DNA of 64,000 nucleotides from Phoronis australis (lineage: Eukaryota > Animalia > Phoronida). Location of the stretch: the NCBI GenBank assembly GCA_002633005.1, contig NMRA01000412.1, forward strand, positions 138,614 through 202,613, in the 5' to 3' direction. Of this stretch, positions 39,099 to 53,300 are shown piece after piece. The notes under the pieces were generated by a model. That model saw only the letters and a program-made list of their open reading frames with translations, searched no databases and was not told the DNA's origin. Positions within the stretch are counted from its first letter, which is position 1; every line of letters begins with the position of its first letter. The position numbers were made by a program, and so were the translations under genes.

Positions 39099-39281
39099 GT
39101 CCACCAAAGACCGACACTTACGTGAGACGGCGGGTAATTCCACTTTTATTGCAAAATACCAATCAGAGTTGACCGCATGAACACACCAACTGCTGGTATA
39201 TAGGTTAGCCCCCCACAAAGATCTGCAGCGTGCAGCAGGTGAACTTTGATTTCATATTTAACATTGATTTCCATCTGTTAA

Positions 39282-41006
39282 AGGAGAATGCCACCCAAAA
39301 ACAACCTATTTTGTATCAATTTAGATCGAGTAGTTCTACTCGATAACGGTACGTTCGATTGCGTTACCTGACACCTGACGGCAGACGGCGGTTGAAATTA
39401 TCCAATGACGTATCTGTGGTTTCACACGCAGTCTGTTCAGCAGTTCACAACACGGGTTAGTGGTGTCAGCTTATCGCTTGAATTCATCGTTTAACACCAA
39501 TAAATCATCAAACTTCGATGTAAAACCCTTAAAAATACACCGAGTTCTTATAAATACGTGTTGTTTTATTCCGCTGTTACGGATTTACTGGTATTTGGAC
39601 AAAACGTAGCCAACAAAGTTCGGCAGACCAATTTACGAAGCAGGAGTTTGGGGTATGTTCGGAGATAAATTCGAAGTATTCTTCCGTGAAATACAGACAG
39701 GAGAACCTAGATCTGTGTTGTTTATACTTGTGATTTTTTGAGTTCTAAGCACACGATGACGCTTGTTATCACGGACAGTGGCGCGGAACCCGATCAGGCC
39801 CGGCGTCGCGACCGGACTGACTCGTTATCCCGGCCAGTAAGTGGCTCGGAACCCGATCACTCCCGTCGTGGCCGCCTGGACTCTGGCACGAAACCAGCTT
39901 GACTTGGAAGCTAAACCTCCAGTCACGAAAAGACTATAATAGTGAGCCAAAGAAATAATGTGCACGTAATTATTTATGTGAATTAGCCACAAAACTGCCT
40001 GAAATCTACTTACTTGTCGGGGTCCGCGAAGTCGGGTTCCTCTTCCACAGACCGTCAGGGCAAAGGTTGTACAGTATCAATGAGATGAATAATATATTTG
40101 TATTTCTAAATAAAGATTCCCTAACATGTGACCATATAGCATATAAAATCGAGTAACTATTTCACAACAGCTTTCTGTCAGCAAACACTGAATTAGCATG
40201 CGCTCACACAGTCTTGATTCCGGTCAAATACCTTTATTACCGGCATAAAGCCGGTAACGCACTGCTTTATTCATTGCTGGCTTCTCAACATTTGCACTCA
40301 CGAATGCTGCAAAGGCATTACAAACTGTATCTAATGAGACAGACTGTTTCAGTTTTACATAAACTTTGGTTAGGATGAGAATAATTCGTTTTGAAACATA
40401 AGGCAGAATAACAATCGTCTACATGACAACTCGTCCGGCGCTAATCCCGACTTAGTCAAGAGCTCATCCGACGAAGAGTTCACGGGTCGGATCGTTAGGT
40501 TTCACAGGCTATCAGTTTAATTGAACCAGAACAGACTGATCAAGAAATACTAGAGAGGCGCCATTAACATGCACAGGCAACGGAACGTATGGATAGTTCT
40601 TTGGTAGGCCGGAATTCGTCAGAGAAATCCCTGTCGACAAAATGCCGGCCACAAACATGGAGATGTTTCACGGTCTCATACATGCTACTAACAGCGTACC
40701 TTTCATTCTTCACTACCGCGAGCCACTTCAGCCGTAAGCATTTCGGACTCTCAAGGAAGTTGAAAAACTATATACACATGTACCCGCTTTCTTCGCAGCT
40801 TCATAGTTCGGACAAGCGGGAACGACGCACTGCAGTATAGCGGCATTAACTCTGCAGGCTAACCACTGACGTCGCTGCGTCGTTTCTCATCTTCCTCACG
40901 GCCGGGTTAACACTAACGACACCTCTCGGCAAAGTGAGGTCGAGCGTGTGCGGGGCGATGTGGATATAGACCGATTAAGACTAATTAAATCTGGTGGCAT
41001 TCTCCT
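39282..41006 (-). mobile_element. Kolobok-type non-autonomous element, family B, copy 1 (left arm of the palindrome)
   Basis: TTAA + AGGAGAATGCCACC ... GGTGGCATTCTCCT + TTAA; degenerate THAP on the minus strand (about 40860-40610); SSDEEFTGRIV..GYQF..EP motif on the plus strand near 40460-40560. Confidence 0.9.
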
Positions 41007-41010
41007 TTAA

Positions 41011-42640
41011 AGGAGAATGCCACCCGATTTAATTAGTGTTTTTTACCGTCTTGTCGGTCTATATCCACATCGCCTCTTATACGGTCGACCTGACCTTGCC
41101 GAGAGGTGTCGCGTTAACCTGTGAAGAAGGTGAGAAACTACGCAGCGACGTCAGTGGTTCGTCTGCAGAGTGAATGCCGCTGCTATTGCGGTGCATCATT
41201 CCCGCTTGTTCGAACTATGAAGCTGCGAAGAAAGCGAGTATATAGGTTTTCGACTTTCTCGAGACCCCAAATGCTTAGGAAGTGGCTCGCAGTAGTGAAG
41301 AATGAAAGGCAAGCTGTTAATAGAAAGTATGAGGCCGTGAAACATCTCCGTGTCTGTGACCGGCATTTCATCGACTTTGATGTCTCTGACGAATTCCGGC
41401 TTACCAAAGAACTATCCATACTTTCCGTTGCCTGTGCATGTTCACGGCGCCTCTTTAGTATTTCTTGATCAGTGTATTCCGGTTCCACGATCCGACCCGT
41501 GAAGTCCTCGTCGGATGAGCTCTTGACAAAGTAGGGATTGGCGCCGGATGAGTTGCCATGTAGAAGTTTATTAATCTGCCTTCTGTTCCAAAATGAATTA
41601 TTCTCATCCTAACCAATGCTTATATAAAACTGAAACAAAGTCTGTCTCATTAGATACAGTTTGTAATGCCTTTGCAGTATTCGTGAGTGCAAATGTTGAG
41701 AAGCCAGCAATGAATAAACCACTTCGTTACCGGCTTTTGATGCCGGTAATAAAGGTAAATGACCGCGCACCCGAGGCCGAGTAAGTGTTTGCTGACAGAA
41801 AGCTGTTGTGAAATAGTTACTCGATTTTATCTGCTATGGTCACATGTTAGGGGAATCTTTATTTAGAAATACAAATACATTATTCAAATCATTGAAACTG
41901 TACAACCTTTGCCCTGACGGTCTGTGGAAGGGGAACCCGACTTCGCGGCCCCCGACAAGTAAGTAGATTTTAATTTTCATATCTAATTCACATGAATAAT
42001 CACGTGCATATCATTTCTTTGGCTCACTACTATACATGTAGTCTTTTCGTGGCTGGAGGATTAGTTCCCAACTCAAGGTGGTTTATGTTCGTGAAAGTCC
42101 CATCGGCAGCAACGGGTCTTATCGGGTTCCGAGCCACTGGCCGCGATAACAAGTGTTTTGTGTGTTTAGAACTAAAAAAGTCACAAGTATAAACAACACA
42201 GATCTAGGTTCTCTTGTCTGTACTTCACGGAAGAATACTTCAAATTTATCTCCGAACGGGTCCCAAATTCCTGCTTCGGACCTTGGTAAATTGGCCTGCC
42301 GAACTTTGTAGGCTACGGTGTGTCCAAATACCAAATAAATCCGTAGCAGCGAAATAAAACAACACGTTATTATAAGAACTCAATGTATTTTAAGGGTTTT
42401 ACATCGAAGTTTGATGATTTTCTGATGTTAAGCGATGAGTTCAAGCGATAAGCTGACACCAGTAACCCGTGTTGTGAACCGCTGAACAGACTGCGTGTGA
42501 AACCAATGACGTCAATGGATACTTTCAACTCCTCCGTCTGCCGTCAGGTGTCAGGTAACGCAACCGAACGTGCCGTTATCGAGTAGAACTACTCGATCTA
42601 AATTGATAAAAAATAGTTTTTTTTGGGGTGGCATTCTCCT
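41011..42640 (+). mobile_element. Kolobok-type non-autonomous element, family B, copy 2 (right arm of the palindrome)
   Basis: Same 14-bp TIRs and TTAA flanks; THAP remnant CRCYCG...LRKWLAVVK...VKHLRVCDRHF (41121-41468); opposite-strand SSDEDF...EPEYTDQEILKRR. Confidence 0.9.
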
Positions 42641-45600
42641 TTAAAGCATCAAAAAAGAAATAAACCATCTATGTTTTAAGAACTGTCTACACACTCTGAT
42701 TAATAGTTTAAAGCGTTGTAAACGACTGTGCCGGTTGAAAACTCATTTCGAAGTCTGCTAAACGGGCAAGTGTGACCTACGCTCTTAGCGAATTACAAGG
42801 CAACAGTCCGACCAAGAACCAAAGTATCCAATCTGTGACAAAGGGAGTATAGGTTTTTAGTTGATTCATATTTTTAATTATCTTTCAAGATTGACGTCAA
42901 TGATTCATTAGCAAGTGACAGAACGAAGATTGTCTGAAATCGTCAAAACAGGATTTAGTATCCTTTTAAATATTTGGATCAAAAAACAACACATCGCGGG
43001 CATATATAGTTAGTTGTTAACAGGATCAGAAACTTAGGAGGAGATGACAGTTTAGCTCCATAACTCCACTACAGGCTCCTAGGTAGAGGCTTTATTCAAA
43101 GGGACGATCAGATACATTAGCCGATGCATAAACTTATATCACTATCTTGCGTGCAGATTTACATAAATCATTCCAGTTATTATAGGGGAGCCTACGGATG
43201 TAAGTTCTAGTAGCGGATTTAGAGTGAGGCAAAGGGGCCATGACCCCTGAAATTTCTGCAGCTAAGTGGCACTGAAAAAGTCCAATTCTTCAAATGACAA
43301 TCGGAAAGCGGAAGTCGACCTTCTGAATATTTTGTCGGTACCCCCATGGTAGGATTCTATGACAAACTTGCCCATATGCAGTAAAATTACTAGGCAAAGT
43401 TATTACATTACGGTTAGTCTTTTGAAGACTCGTATATTTTTTGTTGTCCCAATGTTTGGAGAGGATAACCAGATGCATAGTTGGCCTCCAGAATCAGCGC
43501 ATGCGCTGCCTGAAGCTAAAATCACTATAATCTTAATAACATGATGCCTGTAGGAAGCTACCGAAAATAACCCGGGGTATATCAGATGTTTTCGTACAGA
43601 TATCAGTATTAATTTCAATTTGGTTGAATTTTGGTATTAAGAATGTGTTAAACTGATACTTTGCATTTTTGGACATTATTAAGTGTTTTAGGTCCTGCCT
43701 TACTACAAGCTGCTGGTCATTTATGCAAAGACATGAAAGTGACCACGTGAAATACGTTACTCGTAAACAAGTACAGGTGTACTTAATATAATGAGGCTTG
43801 TAGCATAAGCCAGAATACAATATAAATCGGATATGCTCGTGTTGATTACTAATGAGCCCCGTTGAATCACTCTGAGTCTGCCCAAAATGAGAGATCCAAT
43901 TTACTTCTAGTTATTAAGTAATTGGAACCCGACAGCCAAATGCCACTTGACGTTTGGCACTTTGGATGCAGTTGTTTCCTACAAAATCCGCTTGGAGTTC
44001 TCGACAAAATTAAAAAATCTGAAAATCCCTCACATGGTGAATATATCTTCTCCGATCATCCATTGTCCTTGTTTGTTTCGTGTTCTCACACTGAAGCGAT
44101 ATTGCCTGAAAACCCAAATTCAAGTTTCGTTTAATCCGTTATAAACTATGTTTTATTGATGGGGCATAGACATCATCTCTACTCACAGGTGTGCTTGCTC
44201 TTCCAAACCATACCAGCACGGTCGTGTTCTTAATTGTCGTTTGTTTGAATTGAAATTAGTTGCAACAAGTAACCAGTAATTCCTTTAAGATGGCCATGCT
44301 GCATTGGCGCCTGAAACTAACCCGCCGTGACAATCACCTTAGTGAGCTTGGTCTGAAGCTACAATGACTTGTTAGTTCTTCTCAGAACTAGAAATCACTT
44401 CACGTGGCTAAGTGTGATGTGTCTTGAGTTGTCGACGAGCAGTTTTCATTGCGGTCCGCCACGCTGCCTTCCACACAACCATTAAAGACAAATGGAACCA
44501 CCTGATGTAGGCATTTTGCCTCAAATTCCACAACTCCTTCACCGATTAAAAATGGTTCCCACGGGTTTAGCCCAAATGTCATGTTCAACGTAATCTCGCA
44601 TGAAATGAAAATAACACTATAATGTAGGTGGCGCCACGTTCGGTTACTGGCACGAAAGTAATGCCAAATGAAAAGCACAAAACTTTCAACCAATCAGCGT
44701 TCCGTTTAACTGTGTCACGCATGATCTCCACTTGGTGCGAGATTATGAGCATGCACATTTTCGCGAGATCCGACGTAACCACCTTTACTAGGTAAGTGAG
44801 GCGTTATTTGAGACATTGCCTTCATCAGATGGTTCTATTTATTTTTCTTTGAAGGTTGTGTCTTCACTAAAGAAACTTTAAGTCAATCACCGATATTTAT
44901 CTACCGATTTTAGAGTCCCGTTGATTTTAATCAATGAGAACTCGCTTGCTGAACTGTCATATTGGATGGCTCTTGTATACCTTCTATTTATCATAGTGTC
45001 ACGATGAGCGGCTGATTAAAAATTCCTGCCTGTAGCCTAAGGACAAAAGTTGAACAATGAGTTTCAACAGAGTCGACTTTTCTTTTCCTTTGTCAGACGG
45101 TGTGAAAAATCGATTGTTTGATCGAGCTGTAGACGCTCAATGAAACCCAATGAAATTGATAGTTCACTGATTCATTAATCCAATCACAACTCAGGTTGCA
45201 CAAATAACTTCAAATTAGATATTCCATTAAACTTGTCAGCGGTACTGTGCGAGACAGCGACATGTACCGCAGATGTCTGAAAACAGACCCATCTATAGAT
45301 ACGCTCAATGGGAAAATCAATGGACAATTTTCTGCAGATACGTCAAGGATGTGCGTTTGGAAAAATTTGCATGGTTGTAGCCTAAACCTTTTCTCAGGAA
45401 ATGGAAACACAAGCCGTTAACAAACGAAAATCACCAAAAATAGACTCCTACCTAAGGGGACAACCCTATGTCGACAATGTTGTGTGTTGGCTTTCTTGGT
45501 TTCAATTGAAACGCCGGCTAGAATATTGATGCACCTTGCGTCATTTTCCTGGCTATGAGCACGGGCTTGTCTGCAGAAAACTACGGTAAGATCCAATCTT

Positions 45601-48600
45601 AAATTATATATGCATTGTACATACAGTGTAGCTGTAGGTGCGCGGCAGACTTAACGGTGTGAAGGTATGTACTATGCATGTGAGTTCGCCATACGAAATA
45701 CGAATTCGTCATGAGTAAAAGTCTTAAAAAATACACATCATAGCGTGATTTTACCGTGACACTCACAATTGGTTGCAACGACGAAATGCCGGCCATGTCA
45801 TTTATGTTCACCTGGGATGCAGTCATTGACTTCAAGATTAATTATAACTGTATCATGAAATATGCGTTTAAACTAAGTGTTTACCACTTACACTCCGGTT
45901 GACCGATTTTTCTCGTTTTGCTTGTTTACATATTTTGTTTGCAACTATTGACCAGGCACAAAACCCTCGATGTCTTACGATGTCTAGTATCGTGTCCGGC
46001 GCCAAGAAGTGTTTTAGGACACTTGGCTTCAAAACTACTGAGCAAATTCAAACTCCTAGTCAAACTACACTCCACACTCATGACGTATTAGAATACAGAT
46101 TTTTCGCAATTCCTTGCCTACTTTTTGCAGGCACTTCTATGGAAAGTACCATTAGTTCGCTTGCAACATCTAATGGTTTTCGAGTTCCCTAATCACATCC
46201 TGCACCTATTATGGAACCCTCACATCAAACGGCGCTGAGTTGTCGTAGTTTCACTAATGAGCGAAAGTATTGACTTAGATGTTCACGCCTCTTGTTGCTT
46301 ATTGCTCCATTGACAGTAGCGGACGTCACATTTGTCGGTAAACACACACGAAGTAATCACAAGAAGTCCATTATAAAATGTAAAGTTAATGGTAAATCAT
46401 TCAGTTTTCATCGCAATGTTTGACACTGTATTGATCGTACTCACTAGCGCAATACATCAGGCGATATGCCGAGACATTATTTTTCAGAATCAGAAAGCAC
46501 AACTACAAACACCATATCACATTAGAATGCTTTATAGAACACATCAAAGTGTGAAGTACATAATTCATAATGCGTGGTGGACGATACACTCATGTATACC
46601 CATTGCAATGTTGTCACTTTTCCATATCTTCGTATAAAACGATACATTTTCGAAACAAATATTATGCGCTTTTTGAAACAGGTAAAAATGCACGACCCCT
46701 CAGCCAAGGCGTGATACGAGTACAGAAAACGTTGTGCATTACATGGGACCAGTGCACACTGTTTTCAGGGGACAGACAACACTCGTTGCACGCGCATGGT
46801 GCTGAGAAAACCTAGATTACAGAGTGTAATACATGTAGTTAACGTTTTAGTTTTGGGAAAGTTTTAACCTGAACTTCACCCTGGGCGCAGGGTTGGGAAC
46901 TGCCATTTTGACTCGTTAAAACGGTATAAACACATGCTTTCTGCCAAAAAAAAAAACAAGCTCAGACCAATTACCGCTATAAATTGGTCTCCAATTGTTC
47001 TTTAATCAAATTGAAGGCGATTTCAGGTCTTCAAAATGACTAACAGTTCGTTATATCTTCAAATAAAGATGCTAAATCTCAGATCAAGGCGTGACCTGAA
47101 ATTGTTTTGAGTTTGGTCTGACTGTAAGGAAGCGACAGTTGTTGTCGAACCAAAGATTACTCTCAAACTAAGTCAGGAAGAAGAAAAAATATAACAGCAG
47201 CCTGAATCAGAGGTTGTTTTTTGACAGAAAGCACAGGAAATGCCGCTTTTAATTGCCACTGTAGTAATAGTTTAATTAGGGAACACCATCGCTCATGTCA
47301 TGGAAACGGAATCCCCTCCATAAAAAGCGTATTCAATCGACACACAATCCGGATTGCACAGACTACAGAAAAATGGAAACATCTCACTATTTTTCGCTTA
47401 GACTGACATCAAACACTGTGCATCATCCGTTATGGAAACATTGTTTCGATATTGTGAAACTGCGATAAATCACGAGACTTTAGCTGTGTCAGAACACTTC
47501 GAAAGTGATATTCGTGTGTAGAGTGTTTACGTTGGCAACATCATCAAACAAACTCGTATCAAAACTCATTAGGAAAATGCCTCGTCACTGTAACTTCTTT
47601 TCAAATGGTATCAACTTCCTAAGTCTTTGGAATGTTTAACCAGGATTTGCAGCTGAAAAATGATCAGGCTAGATTAGACACTCCTAACAAGTTGGCACTA
47701 TAAAAAGACAAAGTTTTGTATGGAGTTTTCTAGGATATATAATCAGACTTCATTAACAATATGTGCTTAAATGGTGATTTGAGACGTTGGCATTGATAAT
47801 TAGCTGAAAAAGTAGGACTCGAGACAAAAGGTCACTTTTGGATAATTTATGAACTCTTCAGCAGAACTCTTTAGCAGAGAACCCCTATAGGAGAGTTTCT
47901 ATTCTAAGATCCCATTTTATTAAGGAAACTTGCTCTGAAACGCCACTCTTTTGAGCAGCACCAGCTCAGCTGGCCAGTATATTGAGATATAATAACTCAC
48001 AGTTATCATCATGTGTGTTGTATAACATATTTATAATGTCTCGTGAACTATTTACAAGACGCGCATTTACATGAATCTTGAGAGGGCTGAGCGGCAGCAT
48101 CTGTTTATACTATACATGTATGTCGTTGCAGAATTGCGAAGAAATTTGAATGCATAAAGTGTACGTTTATTCCATGTAAAATAGCAGCAATTATAAACTA
48201 TTCATCATACGAAATAAGTTTAATGTGAAATAATGATTAAAAGACAAATAGCCTTCTGCTGGTTGTACTGCCGCAGTCCCGGGCTGGCAGTAGGTTTAGC
48301 AGACGATCAGAACAAGAAGTTGCGTTAAAGGAGAGAATTACTTGGAAAATTTCATTGGATTAATAAAAGAATATCATAATGCAAAACATGTTATGACTAT
48401 TAAAGATTTTATTCTCTTACATTGACTAAATACAACACGGTTATGCCCCGGAGGATATGATTTCCGTGTTTGGCGTAGTAATATGTTTACCATCGCAACG
48501 ACTCGTTTATGGCTAGTTGGCCAAATGAGGTCGCTGTATCGTTTAGCTCAAGTGTGTTTGCGTATTTAAAACACTATTTTCACCTTACATTTCATCAAGT

Positions 48601-48939
48601 TTGTTGAAATTAAGAGTTTAGATGGTATTTGGCGGATATGTTTATAATTTGTGTTATGTAGCACGCGCGTAATTACATAATACACACTATTAACGGTACA
48701 TTAACTATGCCTTATAAAAACTTGATAAATGTAACGTCATTTGTGAGGGTTTTTCAATTACTTCACAAAGGAAATATTGGCGACCAATCGAGTGTCGCGT
48801 AGAGAAATGTATGAATACAAAAGTAGGCCCTTGAGGCTATAAGTAGAGATGAGTAATGCAAAATAAACCCTATGGACTGGTATCAAAATAAAGAGACAAA
48901 TGTCAAAATAATGACGATAAATGCATTTAACAAGTTAAA

Positions 48940-48943
<4 letters not shown>

Positions 48944-48974
<31 letters not shown>
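48944..48974. repeat. (AT)n microsatellite
   Basis: Direct reading. Confidence 0.95.
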
Positions 48975-48979
<5 letters not shown>

Positions 48980-49346
48980 GTATGTGTGTGTACATACATA
49001 ATAACAACTACCGAAATTCTTATATACTCAGGCCGCTAAATACCGTAATCCTTACGGCTTTGCCAGGATTATAATTTGGACAAATTCTCTTGGAGGCATT
49101 TTGACGAAATTTCCAGGAGGTTTTGCTTTGACATAAACATGAGACGAGTGTGGGATTTGTTTTCTCACATGAACAGCAAAAAAACTTTTTGCCGAAAAAC
49201 TTCACATGTCTAAAACATTTAACCACGTGACGCACCTTTTGTAAAAACACGCATGCGCAATGTAAAGTATCCTTTGTCAGTTACTTTTTGTTAATAGTTT
49301 TGATTTAAATTCAACAATTATAAATTGCATTTATACTGTAGCTTTT

Positions 49347-50359
49347 ACGTCAGTGGTTCTCCAGCTGAGTGTGTGCCGCTATGATGTATCGTTCCCGCAT
49401 GTGCGAACCATGAGGCTGAAAGGAAAGAAGGTATATTGTTTCTTGGAGAATACGAAATGCTTCGGAAATGGTTCCCGACAGTTCGCCGTTAATACCAAGT
49501 ATGAGGCAGTGAAACATTTCCGTGTCTGTGGCTGGCATTTTTCTGATTCAAAATGAATTATTTACTCCCTAACCAACAGAAACAAAAAGTCAAAGTCTGT
49601 CTCAGCTCATGTATATACAGTTTGTAATGAATTGGAGTGTTCGTGAATGCAACTGAATAAATCATAAAGAGTTATCGGCTTCAGATGCAATATGCAATAA
49701 AACCAATTGGCCATCCGCGTGAGCGCATGCCAATTCAGTGTTTGCCGACAGAAAGATGTTGTGAAACCAACTCGATTTTATATGCTATGGTCAGATGTTA
49801 GAGGAATCTTTAAAATTAGATATATACATAAAAACATGTACATTATTTAAAACATTGTTATTGTACACATTTTCCCTCTACGGTTCTTGACTTCGCGGTC
49901 CCTGACGAGTAGGTAGTTTTGTAATCATTTTCGCTGCGAATTCACCAAAAAATTCACGTGCACATTATTTCGTTGGTTCACAAGTCTAGTCTTTTCGTGA
50001 CTGGAAGTTTAGATTTCAACTTTCGTAGCCGACTAACCCAACTGGTTTGTGTTCGCAATGTCTCCAGTCCGGACGCGAAGGACCTGATCAGGTTCCGAGC
50101 CACTAGGTTATGTTCTTCCGCCGACTGACTTCGGTAAATTGGCCTACCAAACTTTGTAGGCTACGGTACGTAACAGCGAAATAAAGCGACTCAGTGTATT
50201 TTTAAGGTTTTACATCGAATTTTGGTGATTTATTGGTGTAAAACGATTCAAGTGATAAATTGACACCAAGTTACCGTCTTGTGCACTGCTGAGCAGACTG
50301 TGTTAAGACCTGTGACGTCATTGGTTAACTTCAGCACTTCCGTCTGCCATCTGGTGTCA
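49347..50359 (+). mobile_element. Older truncated copy of Kolobok-type family B (no TIRs)
   Basis: Colinear with 41148-42552, including KYEAVKHFRVCGWHF; the segment equivalent to about 41375-41590 is deleted. Confidence 0.85.
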
Positions 50360-53300
50360 AAAAGAAATGAACATGAATTCCGGCATTGTTTGGTTGCTGG
50401 TATTAGTGTTTTGCAAACGATAAAATGTAAGAGGTATAGATTTCTAATTTGCACTACTTTGTGATTCGGTCATTTAATATCTTAAAAATTACTGACGTAC
50501 TCGACTTTATTAACAAGTCGTGTTGTAGCACGTTCCGGTTCAAGTACTTCTGACGTATTTCACGGTGTAATAACACGGTCATTTCACGGCCGTATCATCA
50601 CCTATGTATGATGAGCCATTTTACTATTATCTGTGCGTGTTCAATCAGCGACGTGAGCAAAACGATGGCATAGCACTGGTGTGAACGAGTGAACTGCATG
50701 ACATAAATCATTGGGGCACGCCAGTACGTAATGGCCCCCGCTTCTAACAGCTCTGAGACCACATAAGCCAGCTATGTAAGCAGGCATGCACCCCGGAGGT
50801 CGAAAGATTCAGCCACACCTTGAATTTGCAGTCATTTTCTGGGTAAATAAGACTCTTTATTAAACTGTTGTCTAAGAGATCGATAAAATGAAAATGCATC
50901 AGAAGCGAAGGCAGGTTGCAACTGCGATGATTAGTACAAGCCGTACCGCAGTTGCTTGTGAAAAGAAGCAATAATTACAATCTCCTGCAGCGTGAAGCGA
51001 CAACCACAGGTAAATGATTTTAAAGCACTATTTTATTAAATTAGATTAGTGCATGTTAAAATTATCATACGTAGAAATGAATCGTAAGAACGAGGGAGGG
51101 AGAGGCATCGGGTTTGCGTCCACTCATGAAGTTAGAGTGCAGCGCCACCCACTCCCAAAATGTTTATATTTTAGTGGTATATTTCGGCGAAACTCATCCT
51201 GTGTTCTGATTGGGGGAATGCAACAGAAAGAATATCTTTAGTAAGCTTAGGTGATCCGGTGATGGAATCAATTCGTATTCTTTTCCATTTTTTCAATAGG
51301 TGCTCTAGCCTTTCATAAAAGAATATCTGGACAACATGACTTTTCTATTTAGGAACCTGGTATCCTCTTTCAGACGGGGTCCGCTCTTAGAGGGGTGGTC
51401 CAGATCAATTGCGCGGCAACTATTCACGAGGGCCGGATGTCGAAAATTATTTTATATTGGTTAAAATAACGTAGAATATGTCCCATCAAGACATGCAATC
51501 CAAGCAAACAAAAACACGGAAACAATATAAGACAACAAAAACCATTGACCGGAATCGAAAGATAGAAAACTTGAAGACCATTATTTGTAATTATACAAAG
51601 GCGATGGTCTCGATGGTTTTCACGAAACAATATACGTGTATGTAGTGCCTTTTTACCAACTTAATGCAAGAATAGCATTTCTTTTGGAGAACGCTATTAG
51701 AGTAGAATTTAAAAGAGTCGGTCTTACATAACTAACTGTGCCGACCAGATCGTCAAGAGTACATGTATATCATGCACTGTAATAATTTTCGATGATCGTG
51801 CACATGTGCAGTATCTGACGTCTTAAATATCTCTACGTGGATAAACCGTGACGGGCTACCTGTGGGATGAACTAGAATTCGTATTAACGCGAATAAATTG
51901 TGAAAAATTTCTTTGAGAGGGTCTCAAAGCCCCCATGCTCTCCCGGTTGCCTGTTAAATAGACAACATGTACATGTACGTTGCGCGCATTTCATCGTGAA
52001 TAGCTTAAAATTCGTACTGTGAAAAAAGTTATACCACTTAATCGGCATTTAACTCAAAATGCTCACTGTGCGTGCTTAATTTTTAAATTGTGTTCCATTA
52101 CATGTACATTGCTATTTGACCCTGCCGTAACATAGTTTACAGTAATCAGCTATTCTTTAAGTGAAAACCAAGGAAGCATTAAAAAATAATGCCATTACAC
52201 ACGAAGTATATAGTGTATTTACAAAAGTCACATCATAAATGTACATACTAAGGTAGAAAGCCAGCTAGCTGTATGAAGACTGTCGTCAACTTACAGCTCG
52301 GTAGCTGTGTCTTGAGCTTCGTTAGACACCGAAACTTCACACATCCCGGGTAGCTCATAAAGTTGTCATCATGGACATGTAGAGCTAACGACAGGCAGGG
52401 ATGCATGCAAACTCTTTGGGAATCAATCTACACTCACCTTGCCCGTTGCAGAAGTTTAAGTGAAAAGCAATCTAATAAACGTCATTTTTGCGTCATGGTC
52501 CGCCTTTTACAAAGAAAGTCTGTCAATCGTCGTTTTGAAAGCAATGCGCTCGCGACACGCGCCATTTCCTACGGAAATTTTGCGATAGCCTATCTCTCGG
52601 GAGATGATGACTGCTTCGCAGCACATTGGGTTTGCTGGTATTAAGATACTAAAAACTTGTAACGAAATGAAACCAGTTCCGATTGTTATCATATGTACGC
52701 AACCTCGCTTAAGAGAAGAACAGTTGATTGAATCTTGGCCAATAGGTGACGCAATGGCGCCGAAAGCCGGCCCAAAAGACCCAACCCGAATTTAGCATCA
52801 AAATAACGGCTAAACGCCAGTAAATAATTAAGTTTACTCAAGGAAAATTTTAGTTTTTAATGACATCATTAATTTTGGAGGCGACAGGCTCGAAGAAGTA
52901 CATTTATGTACGCTTCGGAAGCCGGAAGGAGTGAAATAAAGCCGACGGACCGACGTCACAACGGCCAGCACGATACTGGCCACTCTCCCTCCGCTCCTGC
53001 GAAAAAACGGCACGCGAGAAAAAAATAGAACACCTCGAATCTGAATAGAGGGTCGTTGCACTACCTGGGACAAAGGCGGTGCCGAAACGCCGGGCGCAAC
53101 GAAGGTCTGTATTAGAGCGGGGGAGACGGAGTTTGCGCGAACGATGCATTTTGTATAAAAGACTTCGCACGGTTACCAGCTAGTGCAAGGGTATCAGCTT
53201 TAGCTGGTTTATGCTAGACATGGGAAGTTGTCGTGGTGATACCTGCTTCAGTTATCAAACAAAAATATCACCTAACAGCTGTGCTGTTATCAATACTTTT

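Noticed and set aside
48325-48345. TTAAAGGAGA, a possible further Kolobok terminus
   Set aside because: No matching opposite end found.
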